A stretch of DNA of 64,000 bases from Mobula hypostoma. Lineage: Eukaryota. The notes under the pieces were generated by a model that saw only the letters and a list, made by a program, of their open reading frames with translations, did not search any database and was not told where the DNA came from. Below, in pieces: positions 50,854-63,771 of this stretch. The number at the start of each line of letters is the position of its first letter. Within the stretch, counting starts at the first letter, position 1. Position numbers and translations under genes: made by a program. The stretch lies in contig NC_086108.1 of the NCBI RefSeq assembly GCF_963921235.1, positions 80,788,001 to 80,852,000 of the forward strand, in the 5' to 3' direction.

Positions 50854-51701
50854 TGTTACATACCCCGTAACTGGGTTGCCAAACCAGCAGAAATGGATCA
50901 CTCAGTTGGAGTCTGGATTACTAGAACTAAGAAAGTTTTATTAAAGAAACAAGCAACACAGTACTCTAATCAAAAGGATAATAAATGCAACAGTTCAGCA
51001 ATGATAAACATACATGTACACAGAATTAAGATAACAGGATCAATCAAGCTCTATCGTTGTCTAGGGGTAAATGACCAGTTTCAAAGTGACACAAAGTTCA
51101 GTTCAATTTAGTTCAGTTCAGTTCGCAGTAATCGCTGCCGTGGCGATGGACAGTGGGGGGAGGGAGAGAGAGAGCAAAACGAATGAATGTTCAAGGCTTC
51201 CACACAGACCTTCGCAGTCAGCTTTCGGGCGAGTCCTTTGTGATGTCATCTGAGGTCACCGACCGTGACCCCTCCGTTTCCAGATACAATCGTTTCTCTG
51301 CGATGAACCCAGCACCCAGGCAAGGGTGGACACACACCAGGTTCCCGCCAACCGTGCCTTTCCACCCTGTGCGTCTATGGCCCGGTACTTCCCACCGACT
51401 TGTGAGAGACGCACCGCTTCCAGGGTCTTGTTACCTCGGGTGTCGTGTGTGTCCTGCCTTAGCGAACCTGTCCCTTTTTATCCCCCTGCTGGGGTATCCT
51501 CTGTCCATCACTTCAAACAGTTCAGGGTTCAAAGGGGGAGCCGCTCTTGACAGCTCTCCTTCCTTCATTAACATCTCCAAATGCTGCTCCATTGTTTTCC
51601 CTATCTCTCTCTCTCCTGAAGACAGGTGGCAGACCAACTGCTGATCCCACCGGTGCCAGCACAGGACAGCTACATCTTAATCTATGTGTATTCTTGTCAC
51701 A
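50854..51701 (-). mobile_element. Solo LTR (848 bp)
   Basis: TG...CA termini, 4-bp TSD CTCT (50850-50853, 51702-51705); minus-strand ATAAAAAG ~51480 and AATAAA ~50940; CpG-rich. Confidence 0.85.
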
Positions 51702-52250
51702 CTCTTAACCTCTGGTTGTAGTCCCACACAATTTCAGTGGAAGAATCCTGTTTGTATTTACCTTATCTATACTCCTCATAATTTTGTATACCTCTATCAA
51801 ATCTCCTCACAATCTTCTACAATCTAAAGAATAAAACCCTAACCTCTTCAATCTTTTCTTTAAACTCAGGTCCTCCACACCCAGTAACATCCTTGTAAAT
51901 TTTCTCTGTTCTCTTTCAACCTTGTTTACATCTTTCTTGTAGGTAGGTGACCAAAACTGCGCACAATACTCCAAATTAGGCCTCACCAACATCTTATACA
52001 ACTTCAACATAATGTCCCATCTCCTGTACTCAGTACTCTGATTTATAAAGGCCAATGTGCCAAAAGCTTTCTTTACAACCCTATCTACCTGTGACACCTA
52101 TTTCAATGAATTATGGACCTGTATTTTCAGATCCCCTTGTTCTACCCCACTCCTCAGTGCCCAACCGTTCACTGTGTAAGCCCTACCCTGGTTGGTCCTA
52201 CCGAAGTACAACACCTTGCACTTGTCTGCTTTAGTTCCGTCTGCCATTTT

Positions 52251-53088
52251 CAAGTCAAATCAAGTTTATTGTCATTTAACTATACAATGTATATGATGTA
52301 TATAATATCATATACATGTGAGACAGAGAAACAAATGAGATGTTTCTTTGAACCAGCGTGTAAAGCACAGTAGTTCACATAACACACACAACACACATAA
52401 CACAAAATGAAGGTAAGGATAAAATCTACAGATGAATCACACATAAATAACAAATGAAAGTACCTTAATATCAAATATTGTAAGGTACAGAACAGATTAA
52501 CCAGTAGCAATTCGAATATGATACAGCAGAGAATTCAGAAGCCTAACGGCCTGGGGGGAGAAAACTGTTCCTCATCCTGACTGTTTTTGTTTCTATGCAT
52601 CGTGGTCTCCTGCCTGATGGTAGAAAGTCAACGAGGACGCTGGATGGATGGGTGGGATCCTTAATAATACTAAGGGCTCTGCGTATGTAGTGCACCTGAT
52701 AAATATCCCTGATGAATGGAAGGTGAACCCTTATGATCCTCTCAGCTTTTCTCACAGTCCTTTGTAGGGACTTCTGGTCCGATGTTTGACTGCTGCCATA
52801 CAAGATGGAGATGCAACTTGTCAAAATGCTCTCAGTGGTGCTCCTGTAAAATGCCGTTAAGATTGGGAGGCGGGGGAACCTTGCTTGGCACAATCTTCTT
52901 AGGAAGTGGAGGCACTGCTGTGCTTTGTTGTTCAGGGAGGTGATATTAAGGGACCAGGTGAGGTAATCCATGATGTGATCTCCCAGGAACCTGGAGCACT
53001 TAACTCTCTACAGAGGAGCCATGTATTCATAGAGAGGGATGGCTCATCTGCACCTTCCCAAAGTCCACCATGATTTCCTTTGTCTTCT
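52251..53088 (-). mobile_element. Rex1/Babar LINE 3' fragment
   Basis: KAQQCLHFLRRL...FYRSTTESILTSCI...DPTHP..LPSGRR; tail aataaac(ttga)n; ccatttt repeated at both junctions. Confidence 0.8.
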
Positions 53089-53445
53089 CCATTTTTCCAG
53101 TTGGTCCAGATCCCACTGAAAGCCATAATAGCCTTCCTCGGTGTCCAATAGACCCCAGTCTTGGTGCCATCCACAAATTTGCTGATCCAGTTGACCACAT
53201 TATCATCTAGATCGTTACAGAGGACAAACAACAACAGACCCAACACCATTAGTCACAGGTCTCCAGTCAGAGAGGCAACCATCTACTGCCACTCTTTGGC
53301 TTCTCCCACAAAGCCAATATCTAATCCAATTTACTACCTCATCTTGAATGCCGAGCGACTGAACCTTCTTGACCGACCTCCCATGCGGGACCTTGTCAAA
53401 TGCATTGCTAAAGTCCATGTAGACAACATCCACTGTCTTTCCTTC

Positions 53446-53736
53446 TTTTTTTTTTGGCATGTGCCTGCACGCGTGCAAGTCTGTGTGTCCGTGTGTGCAT
53501 CCGTGATGATGGCTTTTTACAAAGCGCGGAGCGAGAGAGAGACCGTGTGATACACCACGCCTCACACAGACATTTTCACAGTATTTTCCCTTTGCTTTAT
53601 GAGGTCGAGTTGCGGTCTCGACACGCAAGCCGGCACGGATGGAAAGCATGTTCGGGGGCAGACCCGACTAGTTTTGAACCCGGGAACCTCCGCTCCCGGA
53701 GCTGGTGCTGATGTCGTGGTGCCACCGGCCGGCCCA
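53446..53736 (-). mobile_element. Full-length tRNA-derived SINE with poly(A) tail
   Basis: 16-bp TSD CCACTGTCTTTCCTTC (53430-53445, 53737-53752); box B GGTTCAAAAC; A10 tail. Confidence 0.85.
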
Positions 53737-55094
53737 CCACTGTCTTTCCTTCATCCATTTTCCTGGTAACTACCTTGTAAAACTCTATATGATTGGTTAG
53801 ACATAACCTAAAACACACAATGCTATGCGGATTGTCCTTAATCAGTCCATGTTGATTCAAACACTTATATATCCAGTCCCTTAGAATGCCTTCCAATAAT
53901 GTTCCCACTACTGATGACAGACATAGCAGCCTACAACTTCCTGGTTTACGTTTAGAGCCTTTTTTAAACAATGGAGCAATATTGCCTATCCTTCAATCTT
54001 CTGGTTCCTCTCCTGTCACTAAGGATGATTTAAATATCTCTGCCAGGGACCTGGCACTTTCTGCACTTGCCTCCCATAGGGCCCGAAGCAACACCTTGTC
54101 AGGCCCTGGGGATTTATCCATCCTGATTTGTCTCAGGACAGCAAACACCTCCTCCTCTGTAACCTGTACAGAGTCCATGAAGTTGATGCCGCTTTGCCTC
54201 ATTATAGATTCTGTGTCCATCTCCTGAGTCAATACAGATGCAAAGAATTAATTTAAGATCTCCTCCATCTCTTTTGGCTCCACATATGGATTACCATTCT
54301 GATCTTCCAGAGAACCAATTTTGTCCCTTGCAATCCTTTTGCTCTTAACATATCTATAGAATCCCTTAGTATTCTCCGTCACCTTGTCTGCTAGGGAAAC
54401 CTCTTGCCTTCTTTTAGCCTTCTTTCTTGAGTGTTCGCTTTCATTTTTTATACTCCATAAGTACCTCATTTGGTCTTTCCTGTCTGTACCTGCTATGCAT
54501 CTCCTTTTTTCTGAACAAGGCCCTCAATATCTCTTGAAAACCAAGGTTCTCTACACTTATTATCTTTACCATTTATTCTGATAGGCACATACAAGCTTTG
54601 TACTCTCAAAATTTCACTGTTGAAGGCCTCCCTCTTATCAACTACACTTTTGCAAGAGAACAGCCTATCCCAGTCTATGCTTGCCAGATCCTTTCTGGTG
54701 CCATCAGAATTGGCCTTTCTGCAATGTAGAATCTCAATCTGCAGACCAGACCTATATATTTGCATATTTACTTTGAAACAAATGGCATTGTGATCACAAG
54801 ATGCAAAGTATTCCCCTACACAAACTTCTGTCATCTGTCCTGTCTCAATCCTTAATAGCAGATGAAGCATCACACACTCTCTCATAGGGACTTCTATATA
54901 CTGATTAAGGAAACTTTCCTGAACACATTAGACAAACTCTATCCCATCCAGTCCTTTTACGGTATGGGATTCCCAGTCAATATGCGGAAAGTTAAAATCA
55001 CCTGCTATAATGCTCTTATGTTTCTTGCAACCGTCTGTGACTTCTCGTCAAATTTGTTCCTCGAAATCTTTTGGACTGTTGGGTGGTCTGTAAT

Positions 55095-58000
55095 GGTGGT
55101 GGCATCCGTTAGTCTCGCGAGACCATGGATCTGCGCCTGGAAGGTCTTGCTTCAGTCTGTGTTAGAGCAGCATCTGTTGTGACTGTAGAGGCCCACACAG
55201 GAGTGACAGTCTCGGCTGCAGCGACTGAAACTGAAGGCACTGTCCTCCAGTGTTGTCTTGGTGCTGTTTTTCTGACGAGTGCGCTTTTCTTCAGCAGCAA
55301 GCCTCAGCTTCTCTCCTTCTCTTTTTAGACCTCTGCGTAGTTCCAGCCTCCAGTGAGAGCGATCGCTTGCAATGTCCTCCCACCTCTCGATGTTCATTTT
55401 CAGTGACTTCATGTCTCTCTTGCAAACGTCTTTGAAACGAAGATGGGGCCGCCCTTGTGCTCTCTTGCCGGAGGCCAGTTCCCCGTACAGCAGGTCTTTC
55501 GGGATCCTCCCATCTGACATGCGGTGTACGAAGCCCAGCCAGCGGAGATGGTGTTGTTGGAGCAGGGTGAAAAGGCTGGGTATCTGAGCACGGGCCAGGT
55601 CCTCATTGTTGGTGACTCGGTCAACCCACTTGATGTCCAGGATGCGTCTCAAGCTGTGATGGTGGAAGGCGTTGAGACGCCGCCCTTGTCTGTAGTAGAG
55701 ACTCCAGGTCTCGCTGCCGTAAAGCAGTGTGCTGAGGACGCAGGCCCTGTAGACTGCAACCTTGGTGTGCATCATCAGCTTTCTGTTCTCCAGACTCTCT
55801 TTGTTAGCCTGGCGAATGCTGAGGCTGCTTGTCCAATCCGTCTGTTGATCTCGGGGTCTAGGGAGAGGCTCTCACTGATGGCAGAGCCAAGGTATGTAAA
55901 CTTGTGAACTACCTCCAGTTCGTAGTTGTTGATGGTGATGGCAGTGGGGTGCTCAAAGCCTTGGCCCAACACGTTTGTTTTCTTCAGGCTGATGGTCAAG
56001 CTGAAGTCCTGGCAGGCTCTTGAGAAGCTGTCCATGAGGCGCTGCAGTTACTCTTCAGGGTGTGTTGCCAGTGCCACATCATCTGCAAACGACATGTCCC
56101 TGATGAGTACTTGGGTAAGAGTGACCATAATATGGTGGAATTCTTCATTAAGATGGAGAGTGACATAGTTAATTCAGAAACAAAGGTTCTGAACTTAAAG
56201 AAGGGTAATTTTGAAGGTATGAGACGTGAATTAGCTAAGATAGACTGGCAAATGACACTTAAAGGATTGACGGTGGATATGCAATGGCAAGCATTTAAAG
56301 GTTGCATGGATGAACTACAACAATTGTTCATCCCAGTTTGACAAAAGAATAAATCAAGGAAGGTAGTGCACCCGTGGCTGACAAGAGAAATTAGGGATAG
56401 TATCAATTCCAAAGAAGAAGCATACAAATTAGCCAGAGAAAGTGGCTCACCTGAGGACTGGGAGAAATTCAGAGCTCAGCAGAGGAGGACAAAGGGCTTA
56501 ATTAGGAAGGGGAAAAAAGATTATGAGAGAAAACTGGCAGGGAACATAAAAACGGACTGTAAAAGCTTTTATAGATATGTAAAAAGGAAAAGACTGGTAA
56601 AGACAAATGTAGGTCCCCTGCAGACAGAAACAGGTGAATTGATTATGGGGAGCAAGGACATGGCAGACCAATTGAATAATTACTTTGGTTCTGTCTTCAC
56701 TAAGGAGGACATAAATAATCTTCCAGAAATAGTACGGGACAGAGGGTCCAGTGGGATGGAGGAACTGAGCGAAATACATGTTAGTAGGGAAGTGGTGTTA
56801 GGTAAATTGAAGGGATTGAAGGCAGATAAATCCCCAGGGCCAGATGGTCTGCATCCTAGAGTGCTTAAGGAAGTAGCCCAAGAAATAGTGGATGCATTAG
56901 TGATAATTTTTCAAAACTCGTTAGATTCTGGACTAGTTCCTGAGGATTGGAGGGTGGCTAATGTAACTCCACTTTTTAAAAAAAGAGGGAGAGAGAAACT
57001 AGGGAATTATAGACCGGTTAGCCTAACGTCGGTGGTAGGGAATCTGCTGGAGTCAGTTATCAAGGATGTGATAACAGCACATTTGGAAAGCGGTGAAATC
57101 ATCGGACAAAGTCAGCATGGATTTGTGGAAGGAAAATCATGTCTGACGAATCTCATAGAATTTTTTGAGGATGTAACTAGTAGAGTGGATAGGGGAGAAC
57201 CAGTGGATGTGGTATATTTGGATTTTCAAAAGGCTTTTGACTTGGTCCCACACAGGAGATTAGTGTGCAAACTTAAAGCTCACGGTATTGGGGGTAAGGT
57301 ATTGGTGTGGGTGGAGAATTGGTTAGCAGACAGGAAGCAAAGTGTGGGAATAAATGGGACCTTTTCAGAATGGCAGGCGGTGACTAGTGGGGTACCGCAA
57401 GGCTCAGTGCTGGGACCCCAGTTGTTTACAATATATATTAATGACTTGGATGAGGGAATTAAATGCAGCATCTCCAAGTTTGCGGATGACACGAAGCTGG
57501 GTGGCAGTGTTAGCAGTGAGGAGGATGCTAAGAGGATGCAGGGTGACTTGGATAGGTTGGGTGAGTGGGCAAACTCATGGCAGATGCAATTTAATGTGGA
57601 TAAATGTGAAGTTATCCACTTTGGTGGCAAAAATAGGAAAACAGATTATTATCTGAATGGTGGCCGATTAGGAAAAGGGGAGGTGCAACGAGACCTGGGT
57701 GTCATTATACACCAGTCATTGAAAGTGGGCATGCAGGTACAGCAGGCAGTGAAAAAGGCGAATGGTATGCTGGCATTTATAGCGAGAGGATTCGAGTACA
57801 GGAGCAGGGAGGTACTACTGCAGTTGTACAAGGCCTTGGTGAGACCACACCTGGAGTATTGTGTGCAGTTTTGGTCCCCTAATCTGAGGAAAGACATCCT
57901 TGCCATAGAGGGAGTACAAAGAAGGTTCACCAGATTGATTCCTGGGATGGCAGGACTTTCATATGAAGAAAGACTGGATGAACTGGGCTTGTACTCGTTG

Positions 58001-58828
58001 GAATTTAGAAGATTGAGGGGGGATCTGATTGAAACATATAAGATCCTAAAGGGATTGGACAGGCTAGATGCAGGAAGATTGTTCCTGATGTTGGGGAAGT
58101 CCAGAATGAGGGGCCACAGTTTGAGGATAGAGGGGAAGCCTTTTAGGACTGAGATTAGGAAAAACTTCTTCACACAGAGAGTGGTGAATCTGTGGAATTC
58201 TCTGCCACAGGAAACAGTTGAGGCCAGTTCATTGGCTATATTTAAGAGGGAGTTAGATATGGCCCTTGTGGCTACGGGGGTCAGGGGGTATGGAGGGAAG
58301 GCTGGGGCGGGGTTCTAAGTTGGAGGATCAACCATGATCATAATAAATGGCGATGCAGGCTCGAAGGGCCGAATGGCCTACTCCTGCACCTATTTTCTAT
58401 GTTTCTATGTTTCATGACCCTTGGTTTTTGCCCTCAGCCGGGACAGACTGAACAGCTTCCCATCCGATCTGGTGTGGAGGTAAACACCATCAGTTGATGT
58501 TCCAAATGCGTGCTTCAGCATGACTGTGAAGAAGATGCCAAACAGGGTGGGGGCAAGCACACAGCCCTGCTTCACACCGCTGCGGATGTTGAAGGCCTCC
58601 GAAGAAGAGCCGTCGAACTGAACGACGCCTTTCATGCCTGTGTGGAATGACTGAACTACCCTGAGGAGCCTTGGGGGACAACCGATCCTGGCAAGGATTT
58701 TGAACAGGTCATCTCTGCTCACAAGGTCGAAGGCCTTCATAAGGTCAATGAAAGTGACATAGTGTGGTTGTCTTTGCTCTCTGCATTTCTCTTGTAGTTG
58801 TCGAAGTGAGAAGATCATGTCTGTGATA
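55095..58828 (-). mobile_element. RTE/BovB-like LINE, 5'-truncated, split by a CR1
   Basis: MIFSLRQLQEKCREQ..FIDL.KAFD..GVKQGCVLAPTLF (58405-58818); FADD; VYRACVLSTLLYGSETW; C-terminal CCHH-like end; TSD TGGTCTGTAAT / TGGCCTGTAAT. Confidence 0.9.
56113..58413 (+). mobile_element. Young 5'-truncated CR1 LINE with nearly intact ORF2 (reverse transcriptase)
   Basis: One reading frame from SDHN to stop 58318, broken only by TGA at 56339-56341; RT motifs YLDFQKAFD, GVPQGSVLGP, FADDTK; tail (tttctatg)n. Confidence 0.95.
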
Positions 58829-60592
58829 TGGCCTGTAATATGGCCCCATTAACATGGGCATACCTTTCTTATTTCTCAGTTCAACTCACAACACCTCACT
58901 AGATGAGTTCTCCAGTCTGCCCTGACTGAGCGCTGCCGTAACATTTTCCCTGACGTGTAACACCACCACTCCTCCTTCAATCGCTCCCCTTCTGTTGTGT
59001 CAAAAACAAAGGAACCCTGGAATATCGAGTTGCCAGTCCTGCCCCTCCTGCAGCCAAATCTCACTAATGGCTACAATATCATAATTCCAGGTGTTGATCA
59101 TGCTCTGAGCTGATCTGCCTTTCCTATGATACTTCTTGTATTGACATATACGCAGCTCAGGACACTAGTCACACCATGCTCAACCTTTTGATTCCCGACT
59201 TAATCTGAGGTCTTACCAATATCTGTCTCCACAACCTCCTCTATCTGCTCTGACACTCTGGTTCCCTTCCCCATGCAACTCTGGTTTAACCCCCCTCCCT
59301 TATGCAGCACTATCCTGCTAAGATATTAGACCCCCTCCAGTTCAGGTGCAAACTGTCTCTTCTGTATAGATCCCACCTTCCCCGGAAGAGAGCCCGATGA
59401 TCCAAAAATCTTACGCCCATCCTCCTACATCAGCTCCTTAGCCACATGTTAAACTGTATAATCTTCCTATTTCTGGCCTCACTGGCACGTGGTATGGGTA
59501 ACATTCCTGAGATCACAACACTGTAGGTCCTGCCCTTTAACTAACTCCCTGAAATCCCTTTGCAGAACCTAGTTCCTCTTTCTACTTAGGTCATTGGCAC
59601 CTACATAGACCACGATCTCTGGCTTTTCACCCTTCCATTTAATAATGCTGAGGACTTGATCTGAGATTTCCTGGACCCTGGCAACCAGGAGGCAACATAA
59701 CATCCAGGAATCTTGTTCTCATCCACAGAGCCTTCTTTCTGTTCCCCTAACTGACAAATCCCCTATCACCACAGCTCACCTCATCTCTCCCCTTCTCTTC
59801 AGTGACAGAGTTCCGATCACTGTAATTTTCTTCTGCCAGGTCATTCCCTCGAAGTGTCCAAACTGATATACCTACTGTTGAAGCAGATGGCCACAGGGGT
59901 ACTCTGCACTGGCTCCTTAATCCCTTTCCCCTTCCTGACTGTTACCCAGTTTCCTGTGTTGTTAGTAAAGTTCACAATGAAGAAGCAAGTTCTAGGACTA
60001 CTGAGAGATACCAAGAGGCTTGTTACATGAGCACAGAAGTGAGAAATGGGCCGCACAAAGGCGGCAAAGGAATACAATAAAAAGCAAATTTGGAAAAGTG
60101 AAGGAACAGGGCTGCCTTGGAGTGTATATCCACAAATCTCTTACATGCCAAAGAACATTGAACACAAGAGCTAGAAGGGAATGCTGAAAAAGTATATTAA
60201 TTCAGCCACAGTTAGAGCACAGTGTACCACTCTACTTCCAGACACAATATGACAGCGCAGGAGAAGCTGCAGAGGAGATTTACAAGCACATTTTCAGGAG
60301 TGGAGAGTCTGAGCTATCTGATGAAGCTAGCTAGACTGAGGTTGTTTATGAGACAAAGAGGTTTCAGTATCAGATACTAAGACAGGTAACTGGAAAAGAT
60401 CTAATAATTCACTAACAGAAAGGTCAGAAACCACAGGGCATGGGTTGAAATTCCTTGCTCAGAATCAAAATCAGGTTTAATATCACTGCATATGTCGCGA
60501 AATTTGTTAACTTAGTGGCAGCAGTACAATGCAATGCATGATAAATGTAGAAAAAAATAAGTACAACAATTTCAGAAAGTACATATGTACAT

Positions 60593-61270
60593 CTTCTTCT
60601 TCTTCATGTGCCTTGCGCGTTACCCGCTTGGGTGATCATGGCTCTCCACATCGAACGATCCCACGCAGCATCAATGATATCTCACACACTTAGATCTGTT
60701 AGTTCTTTCACAGTGTCCATATATTTTCTTCTTCATCTTCCTCTTCCGCGTTTCCCAGGCATACAGCCTTGTAATGTAAGGCATTCTATTTCTCCCTTTC
60801 TGATGACATGGCCCAGGAATTTAAGTTTCCTCTCATTTAATGTTCTCATTAAAGATCTTTTTGTATGGGCACGTTGGAGTACTGTCTCATTAGTTACCCT
60901 ATCTCTATATGATATTTTCAGCATTCTTCTAAGAAACCACATTTCTGTTGCTTCTCAGTTTCTTTGGAGATCTGGTGTTACAGTCCATGTTTCAGAAGCA
61001 TACAAGATTGACCAGATGTAACATTTTAGTAGCCTAAGCCTTGTTATAGAAACGTGTCTGTTGGTAAAAATGGGTTTCAGTTTTTGGAAGTTGGTTTTGG
61101 CAATGGCAATTCTTTTCATTTTTACTTTACTTCTAGCATCTTGTGATATAAAGCTACCAAGGTACTTAAAGCTGGTCTTTTGTTCAATCTCTTGGTTACC
61201 GATGTACAATTGGCAGTTGGGAGTATCCTGCTGTTTTGATATTACCATACATTTGTTTTTTTTTACAGTT
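60593..61270 (-). mobile_element. RTE-clade LINE 3' fragment with (AAG)n tail
   Basis: FKYLGS, LY.SETWT, MWFLRRMLKISY.DRVTN, LKFLGHVIR, GKRGRGR; 10-bp TSD ATATGTACAT (60583-60592, 61271-61280). Confidence 0.85.
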
Positions 61271-61479
61271 ATATGTACATTAAGTAGTTAAATTAAAGAT
61301 AGTTTTGTAAGAATTGGAGGGTGTTGAAAAAAAGTAATTGCATCTAAAGTTTGGTGGTGGTCTGTAAATGAAGGCAGAATCATCACCCTATCTAAAAGTT
61401 ATCTGTAATTCCCCCACACCCAAAACTCTTTCGTATGCAGTATTCACAAGGAAGTAGCCGTGATGGGCTTAAAAAAAGG

Positions 61480-62590
61480 GAATGCTCCAAGTACTCCTGG
61501 AAGTGGGAATAATTCAGGAAATTACAGGCTAGTGAGCCTCACGTCAGTGATAGAGGAGAGGATTCTTAGGGATAGGATTTACACACATTTGGAAAGTGGA
61601 ATCTGATTAAAGACCATCAGCGTGGCCTTCTGCAGGGCAGGTCATGCATTTCAACCTTGATGGAATTGTAGAGATGGTGATGATGCTGATTGGTGAGGGT
61701 AGGGTAGTGCATGAAGTATTTGACAAGGCTCATCGTAGTAGGCTGATCCAGAAGATAAAGATACAAGGGATCTGCAGTGAATTGGTAGTTTAGAATCTAT
61801 ATTCTGTTTTGTTGGTGATATATATATAAATGACTTGAATGAAAATGTAAACAGGTGGGTTGGTAAGTTTGCAGATGAAACAAAGATTGGAGGAGCTGTG
61901 GACAGTGTAGAGAGCTGTTAAAGGATACAGTAGAGTATTGATTGGGTTCAGATAGGGGTAGAGAGATGGCAGGACCCTTAACAGCATTGATATACAGAGA
62001 GATCTTGGAATCTACACAAATAGATAAGATGGCCAACAAGGCCAATGGTATGTTTGTCTTCATTGGTCAGGGCACGGTATAAGAGTCAGGACATTATGTT
62101 GCAGCTGCACTTGGAACATTGTGTGCAACTCTGCTCACTCCATTACAGGAAGACCTTGGGAGCGGTGGAAAAGAGTTTTACGTGGATGCTGTTTGGATTA
62201 GAGGATATGAGCTAGAGGGAAAGATTGAACAACCTTGGCCTGCTTTCTGTGGAACACTGGAGACTGATAAAAATTTATAAGCAGTATTGATAGGGTAGAC
62301 AGAAACTTTTCCCCAGTTACTGGAGGAAATGCATTAAGGTGAGAGAGGAAAAGTTTAAAGAAGATGTGATATGCACATTTTTTTTTACACAGAAAGTGGC
62401 AGGTGCCTGGAACAGGGTTCCAGTAGTAATAATGCAAGTAGATACAATTGTGGTGATTAGGAGGCTGTTACACATGAATGTGGAGGGAATTGTGGGATAT
62501 GGACTATGTACAGGCAGAAACAAATTAATTTAGTTCAGCTTTGGGTTCAGGCTGAAGGGCCCTGTTGTTGTGCCATACTGTTCTATGGTC
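61480..62590 (+). mobile_element. Heavily degraded CR1 fragment
   Basis: GNYRLVSLTSV and KFADETKIGG remnants, with deletions. Confidence 0.7.
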
Positions 62591-63771
62591 ATAGCAGAAC
62601 GAGCGAGGGAATGGGCTCCAAGATTGTCACAGACTGCTCTGGAGATCTGGAAGAGATACATCATTTGACAGATGTTTCATGGTGGATCAGGCCATTTCTT
62701 GCTTTTTCAGGATAATAGGCCATACAACTAAAGGAGTCAATGGGGAGAGACGAGTGATTCTGAATGTCCCAGTTCCCCAGGCCATTTCTGGAATGTCCCA
62801 TGCTGTGGCCAGGAGCAAGTCTGGAACCATTTAAGATAACTGTATCCCCACACCCATTTCTCTTTACATAGCAAAACATTGGTGCCTTATGAAATCTGCT
62901 AGAAGGCCTGTGGTGTCTTGAAGAGTTCAATACCTGCTTGCTAGAGAGCAAGATAGCCTGTGTTTCTAGTGCAGAAGTAGGGGCTAACTCTGCTTGCACA
63001 CTTTTGAATCCAACTAAGGTTAAGTGGCTGATGACTGATACCATAGTTTCCATCCCAGCGCAAGCAACAGGGACCCACTGATACGGCCAAGCAAGCTTGA
63101 CTCCTGCCATTGAGCAGACTGAAAAGGAGTCTGCAAACTGTCATAGAGGTGTAGAATACTGCAGATCAGGGCTGCATGCAGTTTGCATTGAAATGATCAA
63201 AGGAGAGCAAAAAAACAGAGAGGAAGGCCAGGTGAATTCTGTGAGAAATCTGCAGGTCACCAAAGACACATGCCAAGCTTTAAATTCTCTGAGAAATTAC
63301 CTAAGAAGCAGAGGAAGGATATTCATTTGGCCAGAGTAGCAAAAGATCAAAATAGTTTGTAATATTGCAGAAATTGAAAGCTCCATATCAGGTCTCTGTT
63401 CCGGTGGGCTGGAACATCTAACCCACCTCTTTCTCCAGGATATCTGGCTTTCTTCACAACCGTTCACCAAAGACCTCCATTTTCACATCCAATCCCAGAA
63501 CCCAGACTCGGGTGTTTCTACAGTGAATCCCATGAAACCAAATTGTTTACAAGCCTGCACTAGAGCAATGAAATGAAGTATACTAAGGGCTGTATAACAA
63601 TAAATAACACCAATAGTTACTAATACTCCACAGGCATGATTTAAGTGTTAAAAGAACAAACGTCTTTTTTGTTGACGTTGCTTTTCCCGGTATCAAAGAC
63701 AACGTGATTACAAAAACACTTTTTTTAACATTTAAATCAGGCCATCATATCATGCCAGCATCAAATATAGA

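Larger units (their letters stand above)
50595..59950 (-). mobile_element. Old near-full-length CR1 LINE hosting multiple nested insertions
   Basis: Colinear pieces: 3' tail ~50600, LVRPNLEY (51807-52097), VDVVYMDFSNAFDKVPH, DKSPGPD, CDHN endonuclease end, and esterase-type ORF1 remnants (V.YVGAND ~59590-59612). Confidence 0.8.

Noticed and set aside
51153..51644. 163-aa ORF and overlapping ORFs
   Set aside because: They lie wholly within a GC-rich solo LTR, with no gag, pol or env motifs.
53660..53736. tRNA gene
   Set aside because: The box A/B-like head belongs to a TSD-flanked, poly(A)-tailed SINE; no cloverleaf is evident.
56366..58318. 650-aa ORF as a host gene or novel RT system
   Set aside because: It is ordinary CR1 ORF2, 5'-truncated, with a typical tail, and inserted into another LINE.
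62661..63110. 149-aa minus-strand ORF
   Set aside because: No recognisable domain, no convincing splice context; consistent with a chance ORF.
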